Sequence record: OR192075.1
Strand: one strand, 5' to 3'
DNA: 64,000 bases
Source of the DNA: Escherichia phage MIZ6
Below the pieces are notes generated by a model, which saw only the letters and a program-made list of their open reading frames with translations, was not told the DNA's origin and ran no database searches. Every line of letters starts with the position of its first letter. The first letter of the stretch is position 1. Shown here piece by piece: positions 38,244 through 46,648 of this stretch. Position numbers and translations under genes: made by a program.

Positions 38244-38272
38244 AGTATAGGGGATCACCGATCCCCTGTCAA
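38244..38272 (-). promoter_or_regulatory. Early promoter cassette (TTGACA-17-TATACT), palindromic GATC spacer
   Basis: Spacer GGGGATCGGTGATCCCC. Confidence 0.55.
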
Positions 38273-38284
38273 CAACTTTTTGAA

Positions 38285-38761
38285 TTATTTTTCTTGATGC
38301 TCGCGATCGTACTTTTCGAAATAAAATTCTACTGGCTGGTCGTGGATTGACAGCAAGCCAAAGCGTTTAGCCGCTCGCAATCCCATATTGCGCTGAATGT
38401 ACTTCTGGAAGTTCTCGCGTATACACTTACGCCAGTATTCTAAGCCCATACAGCTTTTATAAAGATTGCATTGCACACACGCCGGATTCATGTTATAAAG
38501 TATATCATGCTCCGGTTTATGCATTCCTACAACCTTATATTTCCATGATCCATCATCATTACGGGCAATTCGTCCATTTTCATCATAGACTACCTTTGAG
38601 CGTCGCAATACTGGTTTGATGTGGTCTGCGTGCCAGCGATCCCCTAGTTCCTCGCCACAATAGGCACAACGTCCACCATATTTCATTTTCAGGATCTGGC
38701 GTTGCTCTTTCTTTGACAATTTTTTAGGTTTAGGGGCTTTCGCCCCTTCATTATCACACAT
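38285..38761 (-). CDS. HNH endonuclease (free-standing, homing-endonuclease-like)
   Basis: CAYCG ... HADHIKP ... N ... CVQCN ... K motif; overlaps ligase stop by 8 nt. Confidence 0.7.
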   Translation of the reverse strand: MCDNEGAKAPKPKKLSKKEQRQILKMKYGGRCAYCGEELGDRWHADHIKPVLRRSKVVYDENGRIARNDDGSWKYKVVGMHKPEHDILYNMNPACVQCNLYKSCMGLEYWRKCIRENFQKYIQRNMGLRAAKRFGLLSIHDQPVEFYFEKYDREHQEK

Positions 38762-40250
38762 CGAATACCTCTTTTACTGTATTTGCAGTGGTCTTGTCGT
38801 AGCGAATACGTTTGATGATTGGGAGAAATAAAGAGAACTCCGGTTCATCTTCTTTACGTGATTTGCTGCGGATATACCCGTTGCATGTCATCTCAATAAC
38901 TTTTCCAATCAGGTTATGACGGTCAGCCCATAACATTTCTCGGTCGAGTTCATTTCGACGATCGAACGGAATTACACGTTCAGTACCATCATCACCTTTT
39001 TCGGTTGTAGTGTCGGTTAATCCCGATCCGGTGTTAGTCATCATTCGTCCGCACGCACTACGGACAGTAAAACCGCCTACCTTATTGGGGTCTTTACTAT
39101 GCGGATATACATCAACAATTTCCGCGTCGAAGTCAATCACTTCTTTAAATTTAACCTGATCTTTACTACGGCGATCTTCAAATACACCATGTAAATTTTT
39201 AAGGATAATACCTTCTAAGCCCATGTTGACATAACGATGATATACTTCGCGAGCTTCATCGATATTGTTAACTACAGTGTTTTCGATGATCTGAACACGA
39301 GGATCGTTAAGTTCTTCAACAATCTGTTTTAGTTCTTCGAATCGATCTTTATATTGCTTCGTTGCTTTCTCGTTTCCGTAATACACATCACGGTCGATAA
39401 CATCCCAGACAGTGTAAACAATACATTGGGCTTCTTCTTTTGGAATAGTTCCTTTAAGTGATTTGTTGAGGATACCATTTCCGGTCTGACGATCTGCAAC
39501 AACGGATTCTTTCACTGCTTCCGCTACTGGCGTTAATGGCATTTCCTCTTCTTCAAATATCCATGACAGAGTACCATCATAAACGCTTTCAACGAAGTTC
39601 TGCGCTGGTGTTTGCGAAAGGGTAGGCATATATACCAATTCGCCATCTAGAACAATTCCACGGCCTCGTAGACGCTCTAAAACCGCAAACAAATCATCAA
39701 GCCCTTGATAGGTATTACCTGAGCGGGTATAGATTGCTAATGTTTCCCCGTCAATATCAGCCATACCACGAGCGCCATCGCTTTTAAGTTGTGCATACGC
39801 CGGATACTTGATATTAGCAATAGTCTTATCAGAACATGACGATGCAAGGTGGCACGGCTGCTGGGGGATCAGTTTCTTCCATACCTTGTTTGCAGTAGTA
39901 GCGGAACAACCACATTCCAGATCACGATTCAGGACCATCATTGCAACTTTAGCATCATCTTCTGACAAGCAAGTCAGAGTATCGGTAACTAGCTGTAATG
40001 CTGCATTACCAGTTACTTGACGCGTGGCAAGTTTATTTTTAAAGACCTGTAATGCACCGGATAAAGACAATACAGACGAATAGCGAGACGGTTTATCGTA
40101 TTTCTTTACGCCAAACGTAACCTGTTTGCAATATGCCAGATAAAAGCATTCTTTCAGCGTTTCATTGCTCGCGGATTCTTTCAGAATCTTTTCTTTCAGC
40201 GATGTTTTGTCTGTTGCTGCAAGCTGATTAATGATATTAAGAATTGACAT
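38754..40250 (-). CDS. 30: ATP-dependent DNA ligase gp30
   Basis: Start moved to ATG 40250 (SD GAGGTG); catalytic lysine motif KSDGAR; resembles T4 DNA ligase along whole length. Confidence 0.95.
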   Translation of the reverse strand: MSILNIINQLAATDKTSLKEKILKESASNETLKECFYLAYCKQVTFGVKKYDKPSRYSSVLSLSGALQVFKNKLATRQVTGNAALQLVTDTLTCLSEDDAKVAMMVLNRDLECGCSATTANKVWKKLIPQQPCHLASSCSDKTIANIKYPAYAQLKSDGARGMADIDGETLAIYTRSGNTYQGLDDLFAVLERLRGRGIVLDGELVYMPTLSQTPAQNFVESVYDGTLSWIFEEEEMPLTPVAEAVKESVVADRQTGNGILNKSLKGTIPKEEAQCIVYTVWDVIDRDVYYGNEKATKQYKDRFEELKQIVEELNDPRVQIIENTVVNNIDEAREVYHRYVNMGLEGIILKNLHGVFEDRRSKDQVKFKEVIDFDAEIVDVYPHSKDPNKVGGFTVRSACGRMMTNTGSGLTDTTTEKGDDGTERVIPFDRRNELDREMLWADRHNLIGKVIEMTCNGYIRSKSRKEDEPEFSLFLPIIKRIRYDKTTANTVKEVFDV

Positions 40251-40716
40251 TTTCACCTCGTTTTGTTAAACGTTCACGAATATCATTGAGGATACTACAA
40301 AATTCCGATTCAGTCAATATAGTCTTTAACGGATCAGTTCCACCTATGCTATGACGTAATTTCTTATTTCCGGTAGAGAGTAATGCTTTACAAAATTCTG
40401 GGTTATTCCGTGCCATCGTAACAAATGCCAGATGTACCAGTCTGTAATAATGCTCACTCATTCGATGAATCGGGCGACCCTGAAAATATAACATGTGATT
40501 CTCAATCTTTTCAGTTCTTCCGGTTCTTTTTGCTTTGCCACCGTGCATCAAAAAGATTTCTCTTTGTCTCTGAGGGTTCTTAAATCTTAGCCCCTGTAAA
40601 AATCCTTCTGTGCTGTTAATATCGCAACCAAATAGACGGAATGGTCTTTTATTGAAATTACTCAATTCACCCGATGGATAAGGTCCACCCGCATAGATAT
40701 CAATTTCAGAAGTCAT
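40237..40716 (-). CDS. NADAR-like (YbiA/DUF1768-like) domain protein
   Basis: 159 aa; IDIYAGGPYPSGELSNF ... FRLFG ... STEGFLQGLRF resembles NADAR N-terminal signature. Confidence 0.5.
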   Translation of the reverse strand: MTSEIDIYAGGPYPSGELSNFNKRPFRLFGCDINSTEGFLQGLRFKNPQRQREIFLMHGGKAKRTGRTEKIENHMLYFQGRPIHRMSEHYYRLVHLAFVTMARNNPEFCKALLSTGNKKLRHSIGGTDPLKTILTESEFCSILNDIRERLTKRGENVNS

Positions 40717-40870
40717 TGAAACTAATCTCGCTAATCAGAGAGAACGGATCATAATCGTCATTAGGAATATCGATAGTAATCGAATGAGGGTTTACCCATA
40801 CACCAAACTGGTCTTCTTCGGTGAATACTTCGGTATGGATTTCGTGGATGTTTACATTCATAGTTTTCAT
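40706..40870 (-). CDS. Hypothetical small acidic protein (54 aa)
   Basis: ATG preceded by AAGGAA; overlaps next gene start by 11 nt. Confidence 0.3.
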   Translation of the reverse strand: MKTMNVNIHEIHTEVFTEEDQFGVWVNPHSITIDIPNDDYDPFSLISEISFNDF

Positions 40871-40914
40871 AATAAAATTTCCTTAATAATCAATAACTTA
40901 CAAAATCATATAGC

Positions 40915-40942
40915 CAAAATATAGGCGGGATTATTTCCCGCC
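40915..40942 (-). terminator. Rho-independent terminator after gene 31
   Basis: GGCGGGA-TTATT-TCCCGCC with T-run on minus strand. Confidence 0.6.
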
Positions 40943-40953
40943 GTTTAAAATCA

Positions 40954-41277
40954 TTAACCGTAAACTACCACAATATTCTGTTTGTGCGTTACAGTCCATT
41001 TCAGGTCGATCTCTTCTTCCTTCTTAACGCCGTTAATAACGTCTGGATGAGGAACTTTATTCATCTTGCCATGTGGCAGTAAAACAGTTTTACCCAGCAA
41101 TTCTTTATCTACCGTTTCACCGATATCAATAATCTTACCTACCAGCGGAATCTCGCCCATAGTGCGCTTTTGCTCAATAATGATCCCCATAGAGCTTTTT
41201 ACTTCTGTCCCTGCGCTTTCTGCTTTAGCTTCAATAATCACATAGTCACCAAGTGCTTTAGGAGTTTTAACGGTCAT
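40954..41277 (-). CDS. 31: Co-chaperonin gp31 (GroES-like)
   Basis: 107 aa; GDYVII ... VPHP pattern and position as T4 gp31. Confidence 0.65.
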   Translation of the reverse strand: MTVKTPKALGDYVIIEAKAESAGTEVKSSMGIIIEQKRTMGEIPLVGKIIDIGETVDKELLGKTVLLPHGKMNKVPHPDVINGVKKEEEIDLKWTVTHKQNIVVVYG

Positions 41278-41318
41278 AATTTTATTACCTCTTCAAATCA
41301 ATACAGTTTAATGATGAA

Positions 41319-41633
41319 TTATTTATAAATTTCGACGATCTGCGCTGGAGTCAGCCCGTCTACATTAATCAGACTATCAAGCCCAAAACTACGGAAACCT
41401 TCAACTGCAATTTCATATACTGGCAAAGATGTTTCTGATTCTTTACGCGGTTTTTCAACATTAGGAACTAACCACTTTTCGTATGTTTCGAAAGGCATCA
41501 GTGCCGGATCTCGCGTGGCGATCATCTCACGGACAGTACCATCTTTCTTAGTAAACTGCAAAGAGTGAGTACCGACCGAAAACATTTTCTTTAGTGCTTC
41601 ACGAAGTGCGATATTATCAACTTGTTCAGTCAT
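41319..41633 (-). CDS. Hypothetical protein (104 aa)
   Basis: ATG at 41633; overlaps cd stop. Confidence 0.45.
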   Translation of the reverse strand: MTEQVDNIALREALKKMFSVGTHSLQFTKKDGTVREMIATRDPALMPFETYEKWLVPNVEKPRKESETSLPVYEIAVEGFRSFGLDSLINVDGLTPAQIVEIYK

Positions 41634-42132
41634 TATCAATACCCTTCAAATCAGTCAATAATGCTTTTGGAATACGCGTGATCGTAATATCTGCATTATT
41701 CAGAATATCAGCCCAATCACGCCCACCATTTCGATCATATGTGTCGCAATAGTATAGATGTTTAATTCCACTGTTTGCAATTGCTTTAGCGCAATCTGGA
41801 CACGGTGAAGCAGTACACCACATACTAGCGCCTTCAATCGATACACCGCTACGTGCAGCAAACAAAATAGCATTTAATTCAGCGTGGATTTCGTTTTTCT
41901 GTGACCATGCGCTATGTTCTGGTCGTTTTTCTGGGATCATTTTGCCGTCATCATCCAGCCAACCGTTTTTATGTGCATGACAGCTACAATTTACTTGCCC
42001 TGCTGGAGTTCCGTTAAATCCAGTAGAAATGATTCGCCCGTCTTTTTCAATTAGTGCGCCTACCTTCCACGAAACGCATTTAGAGTTCTTTGCGATTAGA
42101 TAGGCGATCTGCATGTAAGTTTGTGACAACAT
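41626..42132 (-). CDS. cd: dCMP deaminase
   Basis: HAELNAI ... PCPDCAKAI zinc-binding deaminase motifs. Confidence 0.9.
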   Translation of the reverse strand: MLSQTYMQIAYLIAKNSKCVSWKVGALIEKDGRIISTGFNGTPAGQVNCSCHAHKNGWLDDDGKMIPEKRPEHSAWSQKNEIHAELNAILFAARSGVSIEGASMWCTASPCPDCAKAIANSGIKHLYYCDTYDRNGGRDWADILNNADITITRIPKALLTDLKGIDND

Positions 42133-42158
42133 AATATAATCCTCACATCACATATTAA

Positions 42159-42362
42159 TTAACCGTATACGCGAAAGTATTCTACTGATCCGTCGCTATA
42201 CTGTTTTACATTGAATGTATTCACACCATGATTATTTCTCATGATGACATATACACTGCGACGTTCATCGCTAAACGGCATAACTGGCGCTGGTTCAATA
42301 TCAACACTAAAACCACGTTTAGCAAGTGCTTCGCCTAATTGCTTGAGTTTATCGGTAAACAT
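42159..42362 (-). CDS. Hypothetical small protein (67 aa)
   Basis: ATG overlaps pseT stop (TAATG). Confidence 0.45.
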   Translation of the reverse strand: MFTDKLKQLGEALAKRGFSVDIEPAPVMPFSDERRSVYVIMRNNHGVNTFNVKQYSDGSVEYFRVYG

Positions 42363-43240
42363 TAAAAGTCTCCGTAGTTAACCTGAAAACATTCTACACC
42401 AATTGAGCGGTACATGTCAACCACTTGATCACGGTCATCTACTGCCAACACAACATGATAACGCGGTGCAATTTCAGAGAAGAAAATCTCTTTCTTCACT
42501 TCATGATCAGGACGACGATCATTAGTTTCACGTTGAAAATGATCGCTAGGTTCAATACCCTGTTCACGCAGCCATTGCAGAGTATCTTCTTCGCAAACAT
42601 CCTCACGCCCTGAGCATGTAATGATACGATAACCATTATCACGATACAGTTTAAGCATTTCGATCACTTGCGGACGCGGTTTATCTTCTTTGACCTTTGT
42701 CCAGTCAAACGGATGACGACCGCCCTTATCCGCTAATGTTCCATCAATATCAAAGATCACTGCCTTCGGCAGCATGGTATTCGGTTTGTATACTTCTTGA
42801 CCCATATATTCCTGCATCAGATAAAATTGGTTGCGCAAATTAGAAAGTGGAATTGCTTTCTCGCCGCGATAGAAATTACGTTTCTTTAGTGTCTCAAATG
42901 ATTCATTGAACACTTGTTCAGTATACACCGCGTTAAATTCTTTTGCAAGTTCTTTGTAGAATACACGATGTTTTTCTTTCAGGTTGGTATCGGAGATAAT
43001 GATACTCAATCCGCGTGATAGAGTCTCACGAGCAATCATTCTCTGAATAGACTCTACCAGCTTTTCTTTTTCCTTAGTATACTTGTATTTCAAATGTGAG
43101 TCAACACCAAACAACATAAGACGAAGATCATCACGATTCACATTACGATAATTACTAAACCGTTTACACGTTTCCATAGCCCATGTAGTTTTACCGGACC
43201 CAGAACAACCAACGGTTAAAATCACTTCACATTTCGGCAT
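42362..43240 (-). CDS. pseT: Polynucleotide kinase / 3'-phosphatase
   Basis: From ATG 43240; Walker A GCSGSGKTT and HAD phosphatase motif VIFDIDGTL. Confidence 0.9.
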   Translation of the reverse strand: MPKCEVILTVGCSGSGKTTWAMETCKRFSNYRNVNRDDLRLMLFGVDSHLKYKYTKEKEKLVESIQRMIARETLSRGLSIIISDTNLKEKHRVFYKELAKEFNAVYTEQVFNESFETLKKRNFYRGEKAIPLSNLRNQFYLMQEYMGQEVYKPNTMLPKAVIFDIDGTLADKGGRHPFDWTKVKEDKPRPQVIEMLKLYRDNGYRIITCSGREDVCEEDTLQWLREQGIEPSDHFQRETNDRRPDHEVKKEIFFSEIAPRYHVVLAVDDRDQVVDMYRSIGVECFQVNYGDF

Positions 43241-43692
43241 TATTTCTCCTTCGGTTTGCACCGTTCCTCATTAAGTTCTTTTCGATAATAACACATGATC
43301 AACTTACTTTCAAGTGTATATCTCTTAATATCCGCAAGCCAGACTCTGAATTTTTGGGAGTCCTCCCACGACATAGAAACTCTAGGTTTACCGTCTATTG
43401 TATCCACTTTCAGGTCAATGTCAACTTTTTCTATTGGTGCTGGTAGTTGAGGATGTAATTTCGGTTCCTGTGAATAATGGTCCATTGTACACGAAGAAAG
43501 AGCAAATACAATAGGTACAACGAAGACATGGATTATTGCGGTCTGAAAATTCTTATGTGCTTTCTTAAACATCCAGTGTATCACGAAAATTGAAAACACC
43601 ATCAGGATAATAATGCTTGCACATATCCCCAGATAATCAACCAGATTAAAATTGCTTATCTGCTCTTGCGTAGGCAATATTTCTATGCTCAT
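43240..43692 (-). CDS. Putative o-spanin-like lipoprotein (start uncertain)
   Basis: Lipobox-like FALSSC after hydrophobic segment; position equivalent to T4 pseT.2. Confidence 0.4.
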   Translation of the reverse strand: MSIEILPTQEQISNFNLVDYLGICASIIILMVFSIFVIHWMFKKAHKNFQTAIIHVFVVPIVFALSSCTMDHYSQEPKLHPQLPAPIEKVDIDLKVDTIDGKPRVSMSWEDSQKFRVWLADIKRYTLESKLIMCYYRKELNEERCKPKEK

Positions 43693-44012
43693 TTAGTAGC
43701 CTCCTTTAATTCTTCGGTAAACTCCTTAAATGAATCATTAAGCTGTTTCTCTACCAACTTGGGTTTTTGTGCTACTACATAGCCTCGTGTAGCGTCTTTC
43801 ATTGCTTTGTTTTGTTCTTCTGCAAACTTAGTTCTTATTCCGTACATATCCTTTTGTAGTGAGTCTACGACCTTCATCTTTTCATCTGTCTTTTTCTTAT
43901 ACTCTGTAAATTCCTGATTCAGTCGATCTACCTCCTTTTTATTTTCCCACCACATATTGCCACCTACCCCCAGCAACACAGATATGATAACAATGTATAT
44001 CAGCTTTGACAT
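43689..44012 (-). CDS. Putative i-spanin-like protein (N-terminal TM + coiled coil)
   Basis: From ATG 44012 (SD GGGGG); TM helix then charged helical region; position equivalent to T4 pseT.3. Confidence 0.45.
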   Translation of the reverse strand: MSKLIYIVIISVLLGVGGNMWWENKKEVDRLNQEFTEYKKKTDEKMKVVDSLQKDMYGIRTKFAEEQNKAMKDATRGYVVAQKPKLVEKQLNDSFKEFTEELKEATK

Positions 44013-44026
44013 ATTACCCCCAACGA

Positions 44027-44050
44027 CAAAAGGCGGGGAACTAGCCCCGC
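44027..44050 (-). terminator. Rho-independent terminator after rnlA
   Basis: GCGGGG-AACTAG-CCCCGC with A-run on plus strand. Confidence 0.55.
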
Positions 44051-44056
44051 TTATTA

Positions 44057-45226
44057 TTACCAATCAATCTTATCAGCCGGAATCAGTTTCTTATAATTCC
44101 GTAGATAGTAAGTTTTCATTGAATCCAGAATACGGTCATAATCAAGACCATCAAATGCAATCATCAGACACATGAAAATATATGCTTGTGCATCACCATG
44201 TTTACGTGATTCGATAGTCGCATTGGATGCATATGTCTTTCTGTCTTCTCCCGCGTGTGCGTTATAAAATTCTGTTGCTGTCGTGAAGGCATTGCGAAGA
44301 ATAGACCTGAATGCCTCCTCGAATAGCTCGATTCGTTCCAGTGCTTCCGGTTCGCCTTCATATGCAGCACGCAAATCATCGGTTTCGCTTTCTACGACAT
44401 AGTAGATCAGATTATTAGGAAACATCGATGTGTTTTTAATGTTATGCACACCAATATACCATTCACTCTTCACTTTGAACATTTGACCGTCTTTAGTGCG
44501 TGCAACAATTCCTTCGATACCTTCTGCGGTCCGAACTTCATCAAGAATATTGCTAAAACGCGCTGAATCAACCTGTAACGCATTTACCAGATGAGGACGT
44601 AGGATTGCGTCAGCAAATAGCATTTGATGCGGTACGTACTCTCCTGTGACGTTATGGCGTACATTCAGAAGTGTTAGCGACGGTTCAGAATATTCTACAA
44701 CAATTCGGTTGCTGGGTGCTGTATATTCAAAGTTGAAAGTATAATCAGACCCAATATCAGCAATCTTAGCGCGTAGATCCGCATACTTCTCTGAATACAG
44801 AAGACCGTTTGCTCTCTCTGCCTGGCTTGAGTACAAGGCCGCTTTAGACTTCAACTGAACATAGCCGTTATCAATGTAGGTGCTTACTAGACTACCGTCC
44901 ATTTTGTCCATGACCATTTCCACATCTTCCGGCTTAAAGCGAGCGCGATCATTCTCGCCTAAATTAAAAAACTTCTCCATAGGACGAGATGCAATGCGGA
45001 CCGGACGACCTTTATCGTCAATTTCAAACATGATCCCGCGACACTCTAACGCATCTGGTTTATTCCACATTTCCGGTTTGCTCAAGTACAGATAACTAAA
45101 AATGCGCATACGGGTTTGCATCGCCGTAATTTCATCTTTGTAATAGAACGTATCAGATCCGTCACATAGTGCCATCAGATTTTTGAACAATGCTAAAACT
45201 TTTTTGTTGTTTTCTTTTGTTGACAT
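44057..45226 (-). CDS. rnlA: RNA ligase 1
   Basis: PDALECRGIMFE and RIASRPMEKFFNL blocks match T4 Rnl1. Confidence 0.9.
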   Translation of the reverse strand: MSTKENNKKVLALFKNLMALCDGSDTFYYKDEITAMQTRMRIFSYLYLSKPEMWNKPDALECRGIMFEIDDKGRPVRIASRPMEKFFNLGENDRARFKPEDVEMVMDKMDGSLVSTYIDNGYVQLKSKAALYSSQAERANGLLYSEKYADLRAKIADIGSDYTFNFEYTAPSNRIVVEYSEPSLTLLNVRHNVTGEYVPHQMLFADAILRPHLVNALQVDSARFSNILDEVRTAEGIEGIVARTKDGQMFKVKSEWYIGVHNIKNTSMFPNNLIYYVVESETDDLRAAYEGEPEALERIELFEEAFRSILRNAFTTATEFYNAHAGEDRKTYASNATIESRKHGDAQAYIFMCLMIAFDGLDYDRILDSMKTYYLRNYKKLIPADKIDW

Positions 45227-45623
45227 AATTTGTGTTCCATTCTGGTTTAAATTTGGTGATCAAAACAGGTTCTTCGATATCGGCAGTGCTTATAATATCC
45301 TTACCCGTTGGATTCTCGATGTACAACTCAAAGCACTGTCGGTAATAGAATGTTACTGTCTTACCTTCCTCTAGCGCCTTATGAATATTCTTACTCTTGC
45401 GAGTATCCGCTGTTGGTGTTTGTCTGTTAATGCTAGTCCGGTAATAATTGATCCGCTTTCTGAGATTGACAGTCTGACCAATGTATACCAGTTCATCATC
45501 AACAACAATAGCGTAAAGAACATTTAAACGGTTCTTCTGAGGCGGCAGAATCACATCACCATCTTTACACTCTAAACATGAATATTTAACGAATCCATAG
45601 TTTTCTATTAGCTCATTAATCAT
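45162..45623 (-). CDS. denA: Endonuclease II (GIY-YIG)
   Basis: YAIVVDDELVYIGQTVNLRKRINYYRT matches T4 EndoII GIY-YIG core. Confidence 0.8.
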   Translation of the reverse strand: MINELIENYGFVKYSCLECKDGDVILPPQKNRLNVLYAIVVDDELVYIGQTVNLRKRINYYRTSINRQTPTADTRKSKNIHKALEEGKTVTFYYRQCFELYIENPTGKDIISTADIEEPVLITKFKPEWNTNYVNKRKQQKSFSIVQKSDGTM

Positions 45624-45640
45624 TATCCTTTCCTCACGTC

Positions 45641-45666
45641 ACAACAAAGGCGGGATTTCTCCCGCC
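45641..45666 (-). terminator. Terminator-like hairpin
   Basis: GGCGGGA-TTTC-TCCCGCC. Confidence 0.45.
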
Positions 45667-45673
45667 CACCTTA

Positions 45674-46072
45674 TTAACTTTCCAGAATATCGCGAGCTTC
45701 GTTACGCTCCTTGATGATTTTCAGGACAAATTCCAGTTTTTCTTTGTTCAGTGTTCCGTTTTCCATTGCTTCTTTGACGGTAAACACTCCGCCACCTTGC
45801 CCGTATACAGTGACAGTGATTTCACCTAACATCGTGGTATGAAAACCGCCAATTTTCGGTGATTCGAAAGAAACAATTACCTCGCGAACAGTATTACCGT
45901 CGTTGATTTCTGAGAGGGTAATGTCGTTTTTGTAGGCGGTTGCTTTAACCATACGGATCAGCATAGTCTGATCTGGGGAGATGGTCATTTTGTCCATTGC
46001 ATGTTGCAATGCAGCGTAACCGAAAACTTTAACGAAGTCCAGAACATCTTTGCGAGTTTGAAATTTAATCAT
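45674..46072 (-). CDS. Hypothetical protein (132 aa)
   Basis: SD AAGGAGTAC before ATG; promoter cassette upstream. Confidence 0.5.
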   Translation of the reverse strand: MIKFQTRKDVLDFVKVFGYAALQHAMDKMTISPDQTMLIRMVKATAYKNDITLSEINDGNTVREVIVSFESPKIGGFHTTMLGEITVTVYGQGGGVFTVKEAMENGTLNKEKLEFVLKIIKERNEARDILES

Positions 46073-46105
46073 CTTGGTACTCCTTAGTTGTTTTGGTGTG
46101 GGAGT

Positions 46106-46134
46106 ATCTTACTACTCCCGTGATATGCTGTCAA
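46106..46134 (-). promoter_or_regulatory. Early promoter cassette (TTGACA-17-TAAGAT), inverted repeat GGGAGTA/TACTCCC
   Basis: Minus-strand hexamers. Confidence 0.5.
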
Positions 46135-46142
46135 CTGCTTTT

Positions 46143-46292
46143 TTATGCAACCGCAAACATCAACATTTGAACATTCTTGGCTGTCTGGCTTTCAAAGTTC
46201 TGACATTCTTTGATAATGTCCTCTACTTTCTCGCCGGAGATCTCCGCGTAAGTTTCGATTGCCATTTTCAGTACCGCGTCAAAGTTGTTCAT
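46143..46292 (-). CDS. Hypothetical small protein (49 aa)
   Basis: ATG preceded by GGAGAATCAAA; intact after anchoring to flanking ORFs. Confidence 0.4.
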   Translation of the reverse strand: MNNFDAVLKMAIETYAEISGEKVEDIIKECQNFESQTAKNVQMLMFAVA

Positions 46293-46332
46293 TTGATTCT
46301 CCTTAAAGTGTATTTCGTTTCGATGGGGGGGT

Positions 46333-46361
46333 ATATTACTACCCCCGTTTCATGCTGTCAA
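46333..46361 (-). promoter_or_regulatory. Early promoter cassette (TTGACA-17-TAATAT)
   Basis: Inverted repeat GGGGGTA/TACCCCC over -10. Confidence 0.5.
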
Positions 46362-46580
46362 CTACTTTTTAATGACAAGTTCGAATTTTGCTACCTTGCG
46401 TCCTCGTTTATTGAAAGCAACCCACGGACGGTTTTCAATGTAGAACAATTCTTCACCAATAATGAATACTGGCTGATTGTAAAGGCGACCCATCAGGTCA
46501 CGCTGGCGAATGGTAGTAGATTCGTATACTTCGCCTACTACAAAGTGTTTGCTGATAGAGTCGGTGCAAGTAAATTTCAT
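46362..46580 (-). CDS. Hypothetical early protein (72 aa)
   Basis: Leader GGAGAATCAAA before ATG. Confidence 0.5.
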   Translation of the reverse strand: MKFTCTDSISKHFVVGEVYESTTIRQRDLMGRLYNQPVFIIGEELFYIENRPWVAFNKRGRKVAKFELVIKK

Positions 46581-46611
46581 TTTGATTCTCCTTTGTTTTC
46601 TTGATGGGAGT

Positions 46612-46641
46612 ATCTTACTACCCCCCGTTATTCAGTGTCAA
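46612..46641 (-). promoter_or_regulatory. Early promoter cassette (TTGACA-18-TAAGAT)
   Basis: Inverted repeat GGGAGTA/TACCCCC variant. Confidence 0.5.
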
Positions 46642-46648
46642 CTACTTT

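Noticed and set aside
29782-38272. Possible CRISPR array suggested by the many short repeats
   Set aside because: Repeat units are promoter-like (TTGACA/TATAAT), irregularly spaced at 200-400 bp, each followed by SD and an ORF; not a repeat-spacer array.
46143-46292. Apparent frameshift in a small minus-strand gene
   Set aside because: A first read suggested an extra G; re-anchoring to flanking track ORF boundaries shows an intact 49-aa frame. Reading error, not a pseudogene.
46074-46604. 176-aa plus-strand ORF from the six-frame track
   Set aside because: Antisense to three small minus-strand genes and runs straight through three promoter cassettes; no RBS; most likely a chance open frame.
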